IMG/VR virus record: IMGVR_UViG_3300032069_000147
Location: 1 to 55,388 of that record
Source: a virus
Lineage: Duplodnaviria > Caudoviricetes
Direction: 5' to 3' (one strand)
Length of the DNA stretch: 55,388 bases
Shown here: positions 8,337 through 17,999 of the stretch, piece by piece
Numbering within the stretch: position 1 is the first letter of the stretch
How the letters are laid out: the number at the start of each line of letters is the position of its first letter
Notes under the pieces: model-generated
Databases searched by the model: none
Told to the model about the DNA's origin: nothing
Seen by the model: the letters and a program-made list of their open reading frames with translations, nothing else
Position numbers and translations under genes: made by a program

Positions 8337-8810
8337 TCAGTATGCCGCGCTCTCCAGGTTCCGCTCGACTCTAGCCTGCCATGCGTCCAGATCCGGACCG
8401 CCGATGGCCTCATATTCGGCTTTGATGGCGTTAGCCAAGGATCGAAGGTCGTAGGCCGAGCGCAATTTATTCGCAGCAGCCGCCGTCAGCGGTCCGACTA
8501 CTCCGTCTTGCTCGACTCCCAACCATTTCTGGAAGAGCTTTACCGCGCTCGTCCGGCCGTGATTGAAGCCGAAATCGAAGACGAGATTCGCCATGATCTG
8601 CGACTTCAGAAGCTCAAGCCCGGGCGGCCAGTAATCGGACTTATACACCTGCATCGCCTGCTCAAAGCTCATTGAAGCCGAGAAAGTGTAATATCTGCCA
8701 TTCAACCCCCATCGGACGTAAAAGCCGTTCGAGTCGCGCGAGATTACGCCTGACAGGTTAGAGTCCTCGTTAAACAGCGTGTTGAGAAAAGAGCGATATT
8801 TATTGGCCAT
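8337..8810 (-). CDS. Endolysin, glycoside hydrolase family 108-like, with peptidoglycan-binding domain
   Basis: NEDS...DSNG....WGLN; YKSDYW; VFDFGFNHG; LFQKWLGVEQDGVVGPLT. Confidence 0.75.
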   Translation of the reverse strand: MANKYRSFLNTLFNEDSNLSGVISRDSNGFYVRWGLNGRYYTFSASMSFEQAMQVYKSDYWPPGLELLKSQIMANLVFDFGFNHGRTSAVKLFQKWLGVEQDGVVGPLTAAAANKLRSAYDLRSLANAIKAEYEAIGGPDLDAWQARVERNLESAAY

Positions 8811-8860
8811 CGAAGAGCCTCCACGCGCGCGGCCCCGCTTATTTCCTGTTGCGCTTCATC

Positions 8861-9550
8861 TCAGAATATCACCGCCCGACCCGTATTCTGAGCTGACGCC
8901 GGCTTAAAAGACGCAATACATGCTGCCGCATACTGCGACGTCGTCCACGACCACTTAGGATTAATTGCGTTCGCGTTAGCGTCGATAAGATAGGCGTCAG
9001 CGCCGTATTCGAGGGCGGCAGTCTGTTGATCCAGAATCGTGAAGCTGCTATCGATCGCGTAACCTGTCGCGTTGGTAGCCGTGCCGAGGACAGTTATAAT
9101 CAACTCGCCCGACATTGCAGGAGTTATAGAGCCTGGCTGTATGGATGTCATAGAGACGTCGAAGGGGGCGTATCCGTTGTGAGCGTCGAGGACAGTGCTT
9201 GCCGTGCTTGTGCCTGACCAGGCGCTCACAAAAATATTCTCGTAACTCCTGGCCACGCTGAAGGTGTGGCTGGCTCCGACAATCGGATTGTAAGCGTAAT
9301 AGATCGTGACGTTTTGGGTGTCACCGGTGTAAGTGTTAATCTTTGCCCATGAATTGCCCTTGCTGTCGGTGGGAGCAGCCATCCCTCCATAAGCGCTCGC
9401 GGCAATCACAAGAAGCGTCGCCCCGGTGGTATTGATTGCCGGAGTCGTCCCATTGTTCACATACGTATGCGCGACAAGCGCGATAGTCGCTCTCGCAGAG
9501 CCAATGCCGAGCGCGAACATTAAAACAAACAGAAGGCTGAATCTCCTCAT
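8861..9550 (-). CDS. Beta-rich tail-module protein with signal peptide
   Basis: MRRFSLLFVLMFALGIGSARA; Thr/Ala/Ser-rich. Confidence 0.7.
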   Translation of the reverse strand: MRRFSLLFVLMFALGIGSARATIALVAHTYVNNGTTPAINTTGATLLVIAASAYGGMAAPTDSKGNSWAKINTYTGDTQNVTIYYAYNPIVGASHTFSVARSYENIFVSAWSGTSTASTVLDAHNGYAPFDVSMTSIQPGSITPAMSGELIITVLGTATNATGYAIDSSFTILDQQTAALEYGADAYLIDANANAINPKWSWTTSQYAAACIASFKPASAQNTGRAVIF

Positions 9551-9563
9551 AAAGCGCGCCTCT

Positions 9564-12500
9564 TCATTGCTGGCATTCCAGCGTCGCGTTTACGAATTTC
9601 GCGGTCGTTACCGCATAAACATTCGCCGCCATAATGTCGTACGCGGCAATCGACGTGGTGGTAAAATCGGTCAGCGTCGTGCTATGGATTGCGGTCCCTG
9701 TGGAAATGGACACTCCGTTCGTGTTGATCGAATTAGCCGACGTAGGGATGGCCGTCCCTGTCGCAACCTTCCAGAACTTGATCGTGATCGTTCCCGCGTC
9801 AATCGCCAGATTCCACGATTGAATGTTGCATGCAAACGGAACGGTAAGATACTGGGTCTCTGAAGTGGTCAACGCCGAGCTGTTGGCGGGGTCGCCCATG
9901 GTGAATGAGATGGCGTGCGTCACGTGGAGCGGCGAAGGCGTCCATGTTCCCGGACTTCCCGCAGCCGTGACCACCCAGCCAAGCGCGCCGCTTGTCTGCG
10001 GCGCACTGCTGAATATGAACGTCCCAGGCTGATAATAGGCCCCAAGACCGCCCGATTGATAACACAGGTTCGAGCTGGTTGGTATAGCGCCCGGCCAAGG
10101 CGCCAGAGCGCCTCCAGCGCCGGCTTCTGAAACGTTATTATTCAGCGAAAGCAGAATGTTGTTGCCCGTTGTGCTCGTGCAACTCACATTATTCGATCCC
10201 CAGTGATTTCCCGACATCTCGACGATTAAGTTCTGACCGCTGGTTATGTTCAAGATCAAGTCGATAGGCATCTTGTTCAGGCCTATGTTCATGTTTCCAG
10301 AAAATCTGTAGCTATCAACGTAAGTCGCATCAGCGTGGTTAGCCTGAATCGCTATTGAACCAGCCGGCTGCGCCACGTCAGAGTCTACGATGTTATTCAC
10401 GAAATCCATCTTGGCGGGTCCAGAGGTCAGACCAACCGCCCCGGAGATGTAAAACGCGCCGAAGGCATAGGGATCTGCGACGGTAAACTTCATGTAGTTA
10501 TTCATCACCTCCGCGTGGTGGAAATAATTTGTATAGAGCGGAGAGGATACGGTAGCGTTTAACATCGTATTATTTTTGATCTGGATGTCATCTACGGGCG
10601 CCTCAACGTATATCCCCCAGCAGACCGATCCTTGAGAATCCATGATGTTATCTTCAATAGAGATGTGCGTATCGGTTCCCCAACCATCCCCGGCCGTAAT
10701 CCAGAACATGCCGTTGGCGGGACACGACGCCGTAGAGCTCTTTATGGCCACATTGCCAGAAAATTTAATATCTTTGCTCGCATGAAAAAGTGAATAATCG
10801 GCGGCGGCGGAATCTTGGACCACATTTCCGACTATAGCCACTCCGCTGCATCCCGACTCGCAATCAATGCCCACATCCTGGGCGCTTATCACAGTATTCC
10901 CGGTAAACGCTCCGCGATTGATATTGGTTCCCCATATACTTCCGCCGCCTGATATTCTGTTTTCGGAAGCTATCACGTCTGTGAAGGTGTTGCCTCCCCA
11001 TAATTCCACTCCGCATCCGCCATTGAAACTATTCTGGCTGACGGTTATCCTCCCGCCGCCATTGGTTATGAAACAATTCACCGGCGTGCCAGCGCCGCTG
11101 ACTGCCGTGTTCCCTCGTACCAGCCAATCGAATGATGTGCTCTCCCAGGCTAGTTGGCCGACGTTTTCGTAATTGTCCAATATCTGAATGTTGGAACTCT
11201 GGCCGCCAATGTAGCCGTCAACCACAGTATAGGACGAGGAAGTCCCGCTCAGAGGGGTAACATAAAGATTCTGGACGGTAATGTTATTTGCACCGCCGCC
11301 AGAGGCAAACCTGATGATGCTTCCGGGAACGGCCTGATTCACGCTTATTGTTGCGGATTTTCCCGCCCCCCAAATCCAGTTGCCGCCGTTAGCGACAATC
11401 GCGGGGCTCGGCGCGGTGATGGTTATGGGAGCGAAGATGAAAAGATCGTGATTCGCTCCGAGCGAGACCTCCGTGCTGATAGTGCCGGGCTGAACGACCC
11501 AGATGTGTCCTGCCGAAGTGGACAGATAAGAATCTGCGGCGTTAATCTGAGCTCCCAGATCAGCGCCCGCAAAATCGTTGGCGTAGACGATGTTCGTGCT
11601 CAGGGGTTCTAAGGCGGACCTCCAGGCGTATGCGTCCGCGGTGTCTTTGGCGCAGACCTGAAAGTTATCCCTGACGCCAGCCGCGCCCTGCACGACCCAA
11701 AAGGTGCCGCGCGTAGTCGCTGAACAGGCAGGCTGCGCTGTAATTGTGTTCAGGGCGACGCCGCCGTTAACTTCCAGCTTTTGGCCAGTCGAGATCGTCG
11801 ACGTGCCGATGCCGACGTTGCCGTTCAAGAGCGTGTAGCCCGTACCGCTCGGCGTGAGCGTGACGTTCTGGTTTGTTCCTCCGGCCGCAAACGTCAGCGC
11901 GCCGCTGCCGGTAATCGAGCCGGTGGTGGTGCCCGTTCCGCCTTGCGTGATTGCAGCCACGCCCGAAAGGTTCGAAAACGCCGGTTGCGTACAAGTCGGC
12001 GCGGCATTGCGCGTGAGCGTTGACGCCCAAGCGTTGGCCGCACACGCGCCTACTCCGGAATAGGCGCTGGCAAGAAAGGCGTCGCCAAAAGTTCCTGTAG
12101 TGATTTTAGAGGCATCAAGCGCAGGAACGTCCGCAGCCGCGATAGTTCCCCAGACAGGAACCGCTGAGACAGCGCCAGTGCCGGTCTGCGTCAGGAAGTT
12201 CTTGGTTGCCGTGACGTTCCCAGGCAACCGCGCCCAAGCAGGCGTGCTATTTCCGTGAATTATATCTCCAAGTACCGGGGAAGCTGGCAGTGTGTCCGGG
12301 TGCGTAGCCGAAAGCAGGTTATGACTGCCAGCGCTAAGAGCTTGATTTATCCAGTTTGTGCCGCTCCAAGCAAGGACGTCGTTCGTAGCCGGAGCCGTAA
12401 TTGTAGCCCGAATAGCCGCCGTGCCTGTGCCGCTGACTGAGGCATAATCGGTCAGGTCTGTGACACTCCAAACCTCTTGGCCCTCCGCCAGGTTTAATTT

Positions 12501-13259
12501 TGTCGCGGCAGTCAGCCCAGCATAGCCCGATGCAGTGTCCTTGTGGCCGGTGACTTCGCAAGTCGGGCAGGAAATCGTATTAACTGAACGCGAGAGCGGT
12601 GAACTAAATGTCAGCGCGCTCTCCTTGGAATTGAATGTGGTCCAATCCGCCGAAGACAGCGCTCCGCGAACCGTGGCAGATGCAGTAGGTAAATTGAAAG
12701 TGTGAGTGGAAGTAACACTCGAAATCCCGAAATCTGTGCCTGCCGTTCCTGTCGCAAACGTTTGGGTTGCCGCAGTTAAAGTATTCAACGTGGTAATGCC
12801 GCCGCCGCCGCCGCCGCCGCCAACAACGAACCAGGTGCGCACGTCAGTCACGGCGGCGATCGCCCCGCCGGCTGTCACCACCAGGGCCACGGGGATCGCG
12901 CCCGCCGTGAATCCTGTGGTGTTCGACGCCGGAACGCAGGCGGCGTTAGTGTCAAGATAAACGTAGTTCGTGGCCGCGTTCGTCATGGTCAGCGTGCCGC
13001 CGGCGTAGAAAACCGGCGCGGGCGGATTGCCGCAGAACGAAGTTCCGGCGCCGACGCTCAAGATCAAGCCTGTCGCGGCGCTGGGCTGATAGTCCGCCCA
13101 GGTTCTGCCTTGGACGTACTTTGAGTTGCCCAGAAATACCGGGGCGGAGGAGGTGGGTTGCTGAGCGCGAAGCGCGCCAGAAAATAGGTAGAGGACCAAG
13201 GCTAAGAGGATTCTAGTTCTCGCTTCCCATTTCCCATTTCCGTTTTTTTGGTTTTTCAT
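9564..13259 (-). CDS. Tail spike/fibre with right-handed beta-helix (possible depolymerase)
   Basis: 1231 aa, G/T/S/N-rich, repeated xxGNxx beta-helix rungs, GNVGIGT motif. Confidence 0.75.
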   Translation of the reverse strand: MKNQKNGNGKWEARTRILLALVLYLFSGALRAQQPTSSAPVFLGNSKYVQGRTWADYQPSAATGLILSVGAGTSFCGNPPAPVFYAGGTLTMTNAATNYVYLDTNAACVPASNTTGFTAGAIPVALVVTAGGAIAAVTDVRTWFVVGGGGGGGGITTLNTLTAATQTFATGTAGTDFGISSVTSTHTFNLPTASATVRGALSSADWTTFNSKESALTFSSPLSRSVNTISCPTCEVTGHKDTASGYAGLTAATKLNLAEGQEVWSVTDLTDYASVSGTGTAAIRATITAPATNDVLAWSGTNWINQALSAGSHNLLSATHPDTLPASPVLGDIIHGNSTPAWARLPGNVTATKNFLTQTGTGAVSAVPVWGTIAAADVPALDASKITTGTFGDAFLASAYSGVGACAANAWASTLTRNAAPTCTQPAFSNLSGVAAITQGGTGTTTGSITGSGALTFAAGGTNQNVTLTPSGTGYTLLNGNVGIGTSTISTGQKLEVNGGVALNTITAQPACSATTRGTFWVVQGAAGVRDNFQVCAKDTADAYAWRSALEPLSTNIVYANDFAGADLGAQINAADSYLSTSAGHIWVVQPGTISTEVSLGANHDLFIFAPITITAPSPAIVANGGNWIWGAGKSATISVNQAVPGSIIRFASGGGANNITVQNLYVTPLSGTSSSYTVVDGYIGGQSSNIQILDNYENVGQLAWESTSFDWLVRGNTAVSGAGTPVNCFITNGGGRITVSQNSFNGGCGVELWGGNTFTDVIASENRISGGGSIWGTNINRGAFTGNTVISAQDVGIDCESGCSGVAIVGNVVQDSAAADYSLFHASKDIKFSGNVAIKSSTASCPANGMFWITAGDGWGTDTHISIEDNIMDSQGSVCWGIYVEAPVDDIQIKNNTMLNATVSSPLYTNYFHHAEVMNNYMKFTVADPYAFGAFYISGAVGLTSGPAKMDFVNNIVDSDVAQPAGSIAIQANHADATYVDSYRFSGNMNIGLNKMPIDLILNITSGQNLIVEMSGNHWGSNNVSCTSTTGNNILLSLNNNVSEAGAGGALAPWPGAIPTSSNLCYQSGGLGAYYQPGTFIFSSAPQTSGALGWVVTAAGSPGTWTPSPLHVTHAISFTMGDPANSSALTTSETQYLTVPFACNIQSWNLAIDAGTITIKFWKVATGTAIPTSANSINTNGVSISTGTAIHSTTLTDFTTTSIAAYDIMAANVYAVTTAKFVNATLECQQ

Positions 13260-13263
13260 TTGA

Positions 13264-13515
13264 TTAACTTCCCGCCACCTTTCTCATGCAGGCAGGCAGC
13301 GCGTCGTTCGGAATAGTCTTGTTCTTGACCGGCTTCCCGTCTAAGACAGACCATTCCATTGAATTATACACCGCAGGATGGCCGTCTTCTACGGGGATAT
13401 GAGACATCCCCGTGGGCGTGTTGTCGGCGGCTACACGGTCTGCATCCAGATCGGCGCTGAACGTATAGGACATCCTGATTGCCCCGCTTGTGTCGTACAC
13501 GAGAATCGTAGCCAT
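13264..13515 (-). CDS. Small tail-associated protein
   Basis: Position between tail genes; AAGGTG RBS. Confidence 0.55.
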   Translation of the reverse strand: MATILVYDTSGAIRMSYTFSADLDADRVAADNTPTGMSHIPVEDGHPAVYNSMEWSVLDGKPVKNKTIPNDALPACMRKVAGS

Positions 13516-13516
13516 G

Positions 13517-15937
13517 TTACACCTTCGCATTCTGTGCAATAAGGATTACTGGAATCAACGAGGCCGTTCCGCCGCTGTTGGTGTTCGCATACGCCGTGTA
13601 TTGCTGGCTGGATGTTCCGGGGCTCGTGTCGATACCTTCCAGCGCGACCGTTAAATATTTGCCATCGCCTGCCGTGATGAATGAGCCATATTCAAAACTC
13701 GCCAGCAGCGTGCCAGCGCTTGTACCCTTGTATAGCCAGATACCATAGCCCAGCGCGGATGTATTCGTCGAAGCAATCTGGCAGTAGAATCTCAGGCTCA
13801 CGTAGCCGCCGTTTGGGGTCAACGTCACCGTGGCAACCTGCGTGCTGCCGTTGCTGCCGCCCCCGGTCCCCGTCACGTTCACATAGCTGTTAGTCTGCTG
13901 CGAGATGGACGAGCTGACTGCGCCGGGCTGAATGGAGGATGTGGTCGCCTGATTGGCGCTGACAGCCTTAACGCGGGCGTAGGTCGTGCCGTCAATAACC
14001 AGATCGAGGGTGTGAGCGGGATCGTCGTACCTGAAAATATGGCGCGGTAATCCCCCGACATCGACCATGCGAACTCCGACCCCAAGGCGCGGATCTGCAG
14101 GATTGAATATGCCGGGGGAGAGATCGTCCGCGGGATGCCCGCTGTACACGGCTGTGGGCGCGCCAAAATTGGCGTAGACGCTCCAATCGCTGTCAACGAA
14201 TTTCGACCGGGCGCGGGCGAACCTGGTCACGAGCGGGAATCGCAGAGTCTTGACCGTAGCAGCGCCCATGCTTACGGTGCGAAGGTCCAGAGTGTAGGCG
14301 GAGTCCGAGGCGAGCTGCACTTCGCTGAAAATCGCCTGTCCCTGTCCGGTTTCCACGGAGATTTCGAAGCTGAATATCCCCTTGTCGCCTGAGAAATCGA
14401 CCCAAGTCGGAGCTGCGGGAGGATTCACCGAGCCCGCGGCTGGAGTGCTGGCTGGGGCGCTGACCGAAGCGGTTTCGAAGTGCGAGCGCCGGGCGATGGT
14501 AATCACATTCAGCGTGCCGCCAAAATTCTGCACCGTGCCGTCGCCATCCACATTCACGTCGGTCTCGACCGAGACCAGTCCAGTCGAGGCGTCGACGCGA
14601 ACGTTTTCAGCGCGGATGGCTCCAGTGCCCGCGCCGGTGTTTTGAATGATCCAGAGGTATGAGAGCTCGGCGCGCGCATAGACGTACCCATCCACGGGGC
14701 TCGTGGGCGGCAGCACGAGCTGGCCGTTCGTATACGTGGCGGCAAACACTTCTGGCCGCAGGATGGCGAATTTAGCGTTCTGATTGAGCTCTTTGACGTA
14801 AGCGTCGGCGAGCTTCGCTCCCGCCAGGAAAAGCGGGTCGTCTAGGTCGATGAAAGTCGCGGCCTGAGCGGCCATGGCCGCATTCGTTCGCTGGGCGAAC
14901 ACGATGACGCCGGCGCGACCGTCTGTCGTCACCGTTTCCGTGTGACCATCCCAGTAGCTGACCGAAGTGGTTACGACTCCCGTCGTTGGATTGACCGAGA
15001 GGCTTTTGACGCGGATGCGTCCTGAGCCGCTCGGCCCGGAGCGGTCCGCCTTGCCTGTGTAAATCCAGAACGGGAAGCAGGTGAGTTCGGAGCGCGCGTA
15101 GGCGTAGCCATCGTCGGGCGAAACGGGCAACGGGACGGTCTGGCCGTTCGAATAGCCCTCCTCGACCTCGACCCAGGCGACCGTGCCATCGAGAGCCTTG
15201 AGCGAGGCGTTGTGCGACCCAGTCCAGTCAGGCTCGACCGCGCCGCTCGTTCCGGAATTCTGCGCTTTGAACCAATGGCCGTTGGCATGGGCGGTGGTGG
15301 GCTTGACCAGCGCGCCGGCGGCGTAGGCCTGGTTGGCCTGCCACACGGCAGCGCTCGAACCATTGTCGATGAAGACTTCATGGCGGACCGCCGCTCGCCG
15401 GGCGTTTTCGCTCAAGTTGCGGAAATTCGATTGCTTCGCCGCGGCATCGAGCGAGAATGCGGCGTCAGCGACGTCGGCGAATGCGGGCTGCGAAGCCATC
15501 GAGATTTCACCGCGTCCGCGCACTGCAATGGTCCACACCGCTAAGGTCCCATCGCGCGTGTCGGTTTGCGCTCCCCCCTGAACGTAATACGAGATCCATG
15601 ACGTAACCTCGCCAGTGGAAGGATCGACCGAGTGATCCTGCATCAGGAGCGCGCCGGAAGCGCTGGGCCGGCCGCTTTGGGGATTGAAGGTTGTTTTGAC
15701 GGTCCAGGCGTAGATGCATTCCGCGCGCGAATAGATGTAACGATCAATAGTAGAGATGGGCAGGGGCACACTTTCGCCATCGCGGAACTCGTCGTAGAAA
15801 ACCTCGACGCGCACTGCTCCAAACTTGGCGTTCGAGTTGATCTTGGCGAGATAGGAATCGAGCAGCGGCTGCCCGGCGGTAAAGGCCGTCGCGGGCAGAT
15901 CGAAGAATCCCGGAGGCTGTCGAAGCGAAATTGCCAT
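13517..15937 (-). CDS. Tail tip/fibre protein with three internal repeats and a carbohydrate-binding-like insert
   Basis: 3x NAKF..R.EVF...G..VPLP.SP.DGY.Y.R.E; WQANQAYAAG...GTSGAVEP.W insert. Confidence 0.7.
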   Translation of the reverse strand: MAISLRQPPGFFDLPATAFTAGQPLLDSYLAKINSNAKFGAVRVEVFYDEFRDGESVPLPISTIDRYIYSRAECIYAWTVKTTFNPQSGRPSASGALLMQDHSVDPSTGEVTSWISYYVQGGAQTDTRDGTLAVWTIAVRGRGEISMASQPAFADVADAAFSLDAAAKQSNFRNLSENARRAAVRHEVFIDNGSSAAVWQANQAYAAGALVKPTTAHANGHWFKAQNSGTSGAVEPDWTGSHNASLKALDGTVAWVEVEEGYSNGQTVPLPVSPDDGYAYARSELTCFPFWIYTGKADRSGPSGSGRIRVKSLSVNPTTGVVTTSVSYWDGHTETVTTDGRAGVIVFAQRTNAAMAAQAATFIDLDDPLFLAGAKLADAYVKELNQNAKFAILRPEVFAATYTNGQLVLPPTSPVDGYVYARAELSYLWIIQNTGAGTGAIRAENVRVDASTGLVSVETDVNVDGDGTVQNFGGTLNVITIARRSHFETASVSAPASTPAAGSVNPPAAPTWVDFSGDKGIFSFEISVETGQGQAIFSEVQLASDSAYTLDLRTVSMGAATVKTLRFPLVTRFARARSKFVDSDWSVYANFGAPTAVYSGHPADDLSPGIFNPADPRLGVGVRMVDVGGLPRHIFRYDDPAHTLDLVIDGTTYARVKAVSANQATTSSIQPGAVSSSISQQTNSYVNVTGTGGGSNGSTQVATVTLTPNGGYVSLRFYCQIASTNTSALGYGIWLYKGTSAGTLLASFEYGSFITAGDGKYLTVALEGIDTSPGTSSQQYTAYANTNSGGTASLIPVILIAQNAKV

Positions 15938-17289
15938 CAGAAAATCTTGTGTCCCGCCTGGCCGTCGGAATAGTTGCCGGTGGCCTGGCTAGAAATGAAC
16001 ATGTACTCGTCCTTCTGCGCCTGCGTGGCAAGCGTCCAATCCGCCTGCGTATCGGGAGCGATCTGATACGCTGGCGTCAAGTCAAGCCAGTTGGCGTCGA
16101 GCAAGTCGAGCGAAACGTTTCCAGTCCCAAAGTCCCAGCCGCGCGCTGTGACGAAAAAAAGCCGGTTGGTCATTCCCATCACGCCCAGATCGCGGTTGGG
16201 AATTTTGGAATGAGTGACGCGGACAAAGTCCCCAGGCTCAACGAGCGCCGCGTCCCACAAAACGCTCACGCTCAAGCTGATGGGCTTGAAAGCGTATTGC
16301 AAAAACAACGCGTTGGCGACCAGCCGTCCGTAGGCCCACGCCCCCAAAGCTCCGCGCTGCCCGCGCGATTCAATGACCTGCATCCCCGAAAGGCCGTATT
16401 TCGCCGCCGAGGCCGCACTCACTGCGGTGAGTTCCGAGCCGAATTTCGAGCCGTCGGAATCGAAGCGGTAGGACAACTCATTGATGAATTTCAATTGCTT
16501 CGGCGCGGGAAGGTCAACCAGGTTCTTGTCAGTCAACGTCAAGGCGGCGACAGGGGCGGCGGAGGGAATGAAGAAGGCGGGTGTGTATTGCCCGAGCGAG
16601 TTGGTGAAGTTGAACCCGCCCAGCGCTTTGAACAATTCGAGGTCGAGGAACTGCTTGGCCTCGGGCGCCTTGTTCACCGTGAATTCCATGCGGTTGCCGG
16701 CGAACAGGTTCGCTTTGTAGGCGGCGATGGCAGCCGAATTTATTTTGCCCGCCGCCAGGCCCACCTGATTTTGCAGGATGTCGGTCAGGATATCCATAGG
16801 GTTGCCGATGACTGTCTTGCGATGCTGGTCGGAAGTCTGCGCGCCATCGTCGGCGGTGCGATAGATGGTCTTCTTGATCAGGCGCTCGTCATCCACCAGG
16901 TGAAAAGTGTAGACGGTGTTTGAGGCGTCGGAGTCGACGCTATCGACGACCATCGTAGCCAGGGTTACGAAGTCCGATAGCGCCATGCCGTCGATGCCCG
17001 TCTTGACCGTCGCCACGCGGCCTTCGAAGGTGGTCGAGGGGAAGTCGGCAGTGATCAGGTTGGCGCGGTCGAGCACGGTCAAGCCTAGGCCGGAGAGCGA
17101 CGATTTCCCTTCCAAAAGGTCCGCGCGCTGCGTCAGCGCGCCGATTTCCTTGATCCACGCGAACTGGCCGACCGCCAGGGGTTGGGAGGTGATAAAGGCG
17201 CGGCTATAGCCCGCAATCTGGACGAGATGGATGAGCTGCTTGGCCTTGCGGCGGTTTTGCGCGTCGAAACTCGCGTTTGAGGCGATCAA
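15937..17289 (-). CDS. Tail tip/hub protein
   Basis: Synteny after tape measure and distal tail genes; VEPGDFVRVTH motif. Confidence 0.6.
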   Translation of the reverse strand: MIASNASFDAQNRRKAKQLIHLVQIAGYSRAFITSQPLAVGQFAWIKEIGALTQRADLLEGKSSLSGLGLTVLDRANLITADFPSTTFEGRVATVKTGIDGMALSDFVTLATMVVDSVDSDASNTVYTFHLVDDERLIKKTIYRTADDGAQTSDQHRKTVIGNPMDILTDILQNQVGLAAGKINSAAIAAYKANLFAGNRMEFTVNKAPEAKQFLDLELFKALGGFNFTNSLGQYTPAFFIPSAAPVAALTLTDKNLVDLPAPKQLKFINELSYRFDSDGSKFGSELTAVSAASAAKYGLSGMQVIESRGQRGALGAWAYGRLVANALFLQYAFKPISLSVSVLWDAALVEPGDFVRVTHSKIPNRDLGVMGMTNRLFFVTARGWDFGTGNVSLDLLDANWLDLTPAYQIAPDTQADWTLATQAQKDEYMFISSQATGNYSDGQAGHKIF

Positions 17290-17993
17290 AGTATGTCCTG
17301 CCGAATAAGGAATTTGAGCTGATAAAACCCCGGCGAGCGGTACTCAAGCCGAGCATCTTTATCCTCCAGCATGTAACTCGAATGCGCTGACAAATCCGCG
17401 TCGGGGTAGTAATCGAATCGCGCGCCATTGATGGCGGAAACTAGGAAAAGCGTCCAGGCATCCGAGTCCGCGCCCTTTTGAATGAACGGCATGTCGATGT
17501 CGATAAAATTATCGGTGCGCAGCCACACCGACTGCCGGACTCCGGCCGTCGAGGTGGAATCCTCGCGCTCCGCCTTCTCATTCAAGGCGGGGATGTTGCG
17601 CTGCGGATAAAGGAAAGTGAATGAGGTTCCCCAAGCCGTAGGCGGCAGAGATCCCGAAACGAGGCCGGTCGCAGGCTCCGTCCAGTCAGTCGCGAGCGCG
17701 ATGGGCGAGACGTTTTGCTTCGTGCCTGAGCCCGGCGTCGTTGCCGCATAAACGTTGTAGCCGGTGGGCGGCGTCGAGCCGTCGATGAAGGCCTGGCCAG
17801 TCACTTTGGCGAGCATATTAGCAGAGATGGCAATCGAAGCTTCCGGGCCGCGCAGGCCTTCCCCCGCCGCCGTCTGAAAGGTCAGGAAAACGTAGTAAGT
17901 GCGCGCCGCGAGCGCCCCCCCGGCGACTTGCGAGAGCGTCGGCGCTTGGGGCGGCGGCGGCGCGGCGGGATAAACGATTTTGGGATTCCCCAT
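17286..17993 (-). CDS. Distal tail protein-like
   Basis: Immediately downstream of tape measure gene. Confidence 0.55.
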   Translation of the reverse strand: MGNPKIVYPAAPPPPQAPTLSQVAGGALAARTYYVFLTFQTAAGEGLRGPEASIAISANMLAKVTGQAFIDGSTPPTGYNVYAATTPGSGTKQNVSPIALATDWTEPATGLVSGSLPPTAWGTSFTFLYPQRNIPALNEKAEREDSTSTAGVRQSVWLRTDNFIDIDMPFIQKGADSDAWTLFLVSAINGARFDYYPDADLSAHSSYMLEDKDARLEYRSPGFYQLKFLIRQDIL

Positions 17994-17999
17994 GTCGGT

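Noticed and set aside
12798-12821. (GCC)8 microsatellite
   Set aside because: Encodes an in-frame poly-Gly linker; slippage would not switch phase
9564-15937. Diversity-generating retroelement acting on tail genes
   Set aside because: No reverse transcriptase and no TR/VR pair seen
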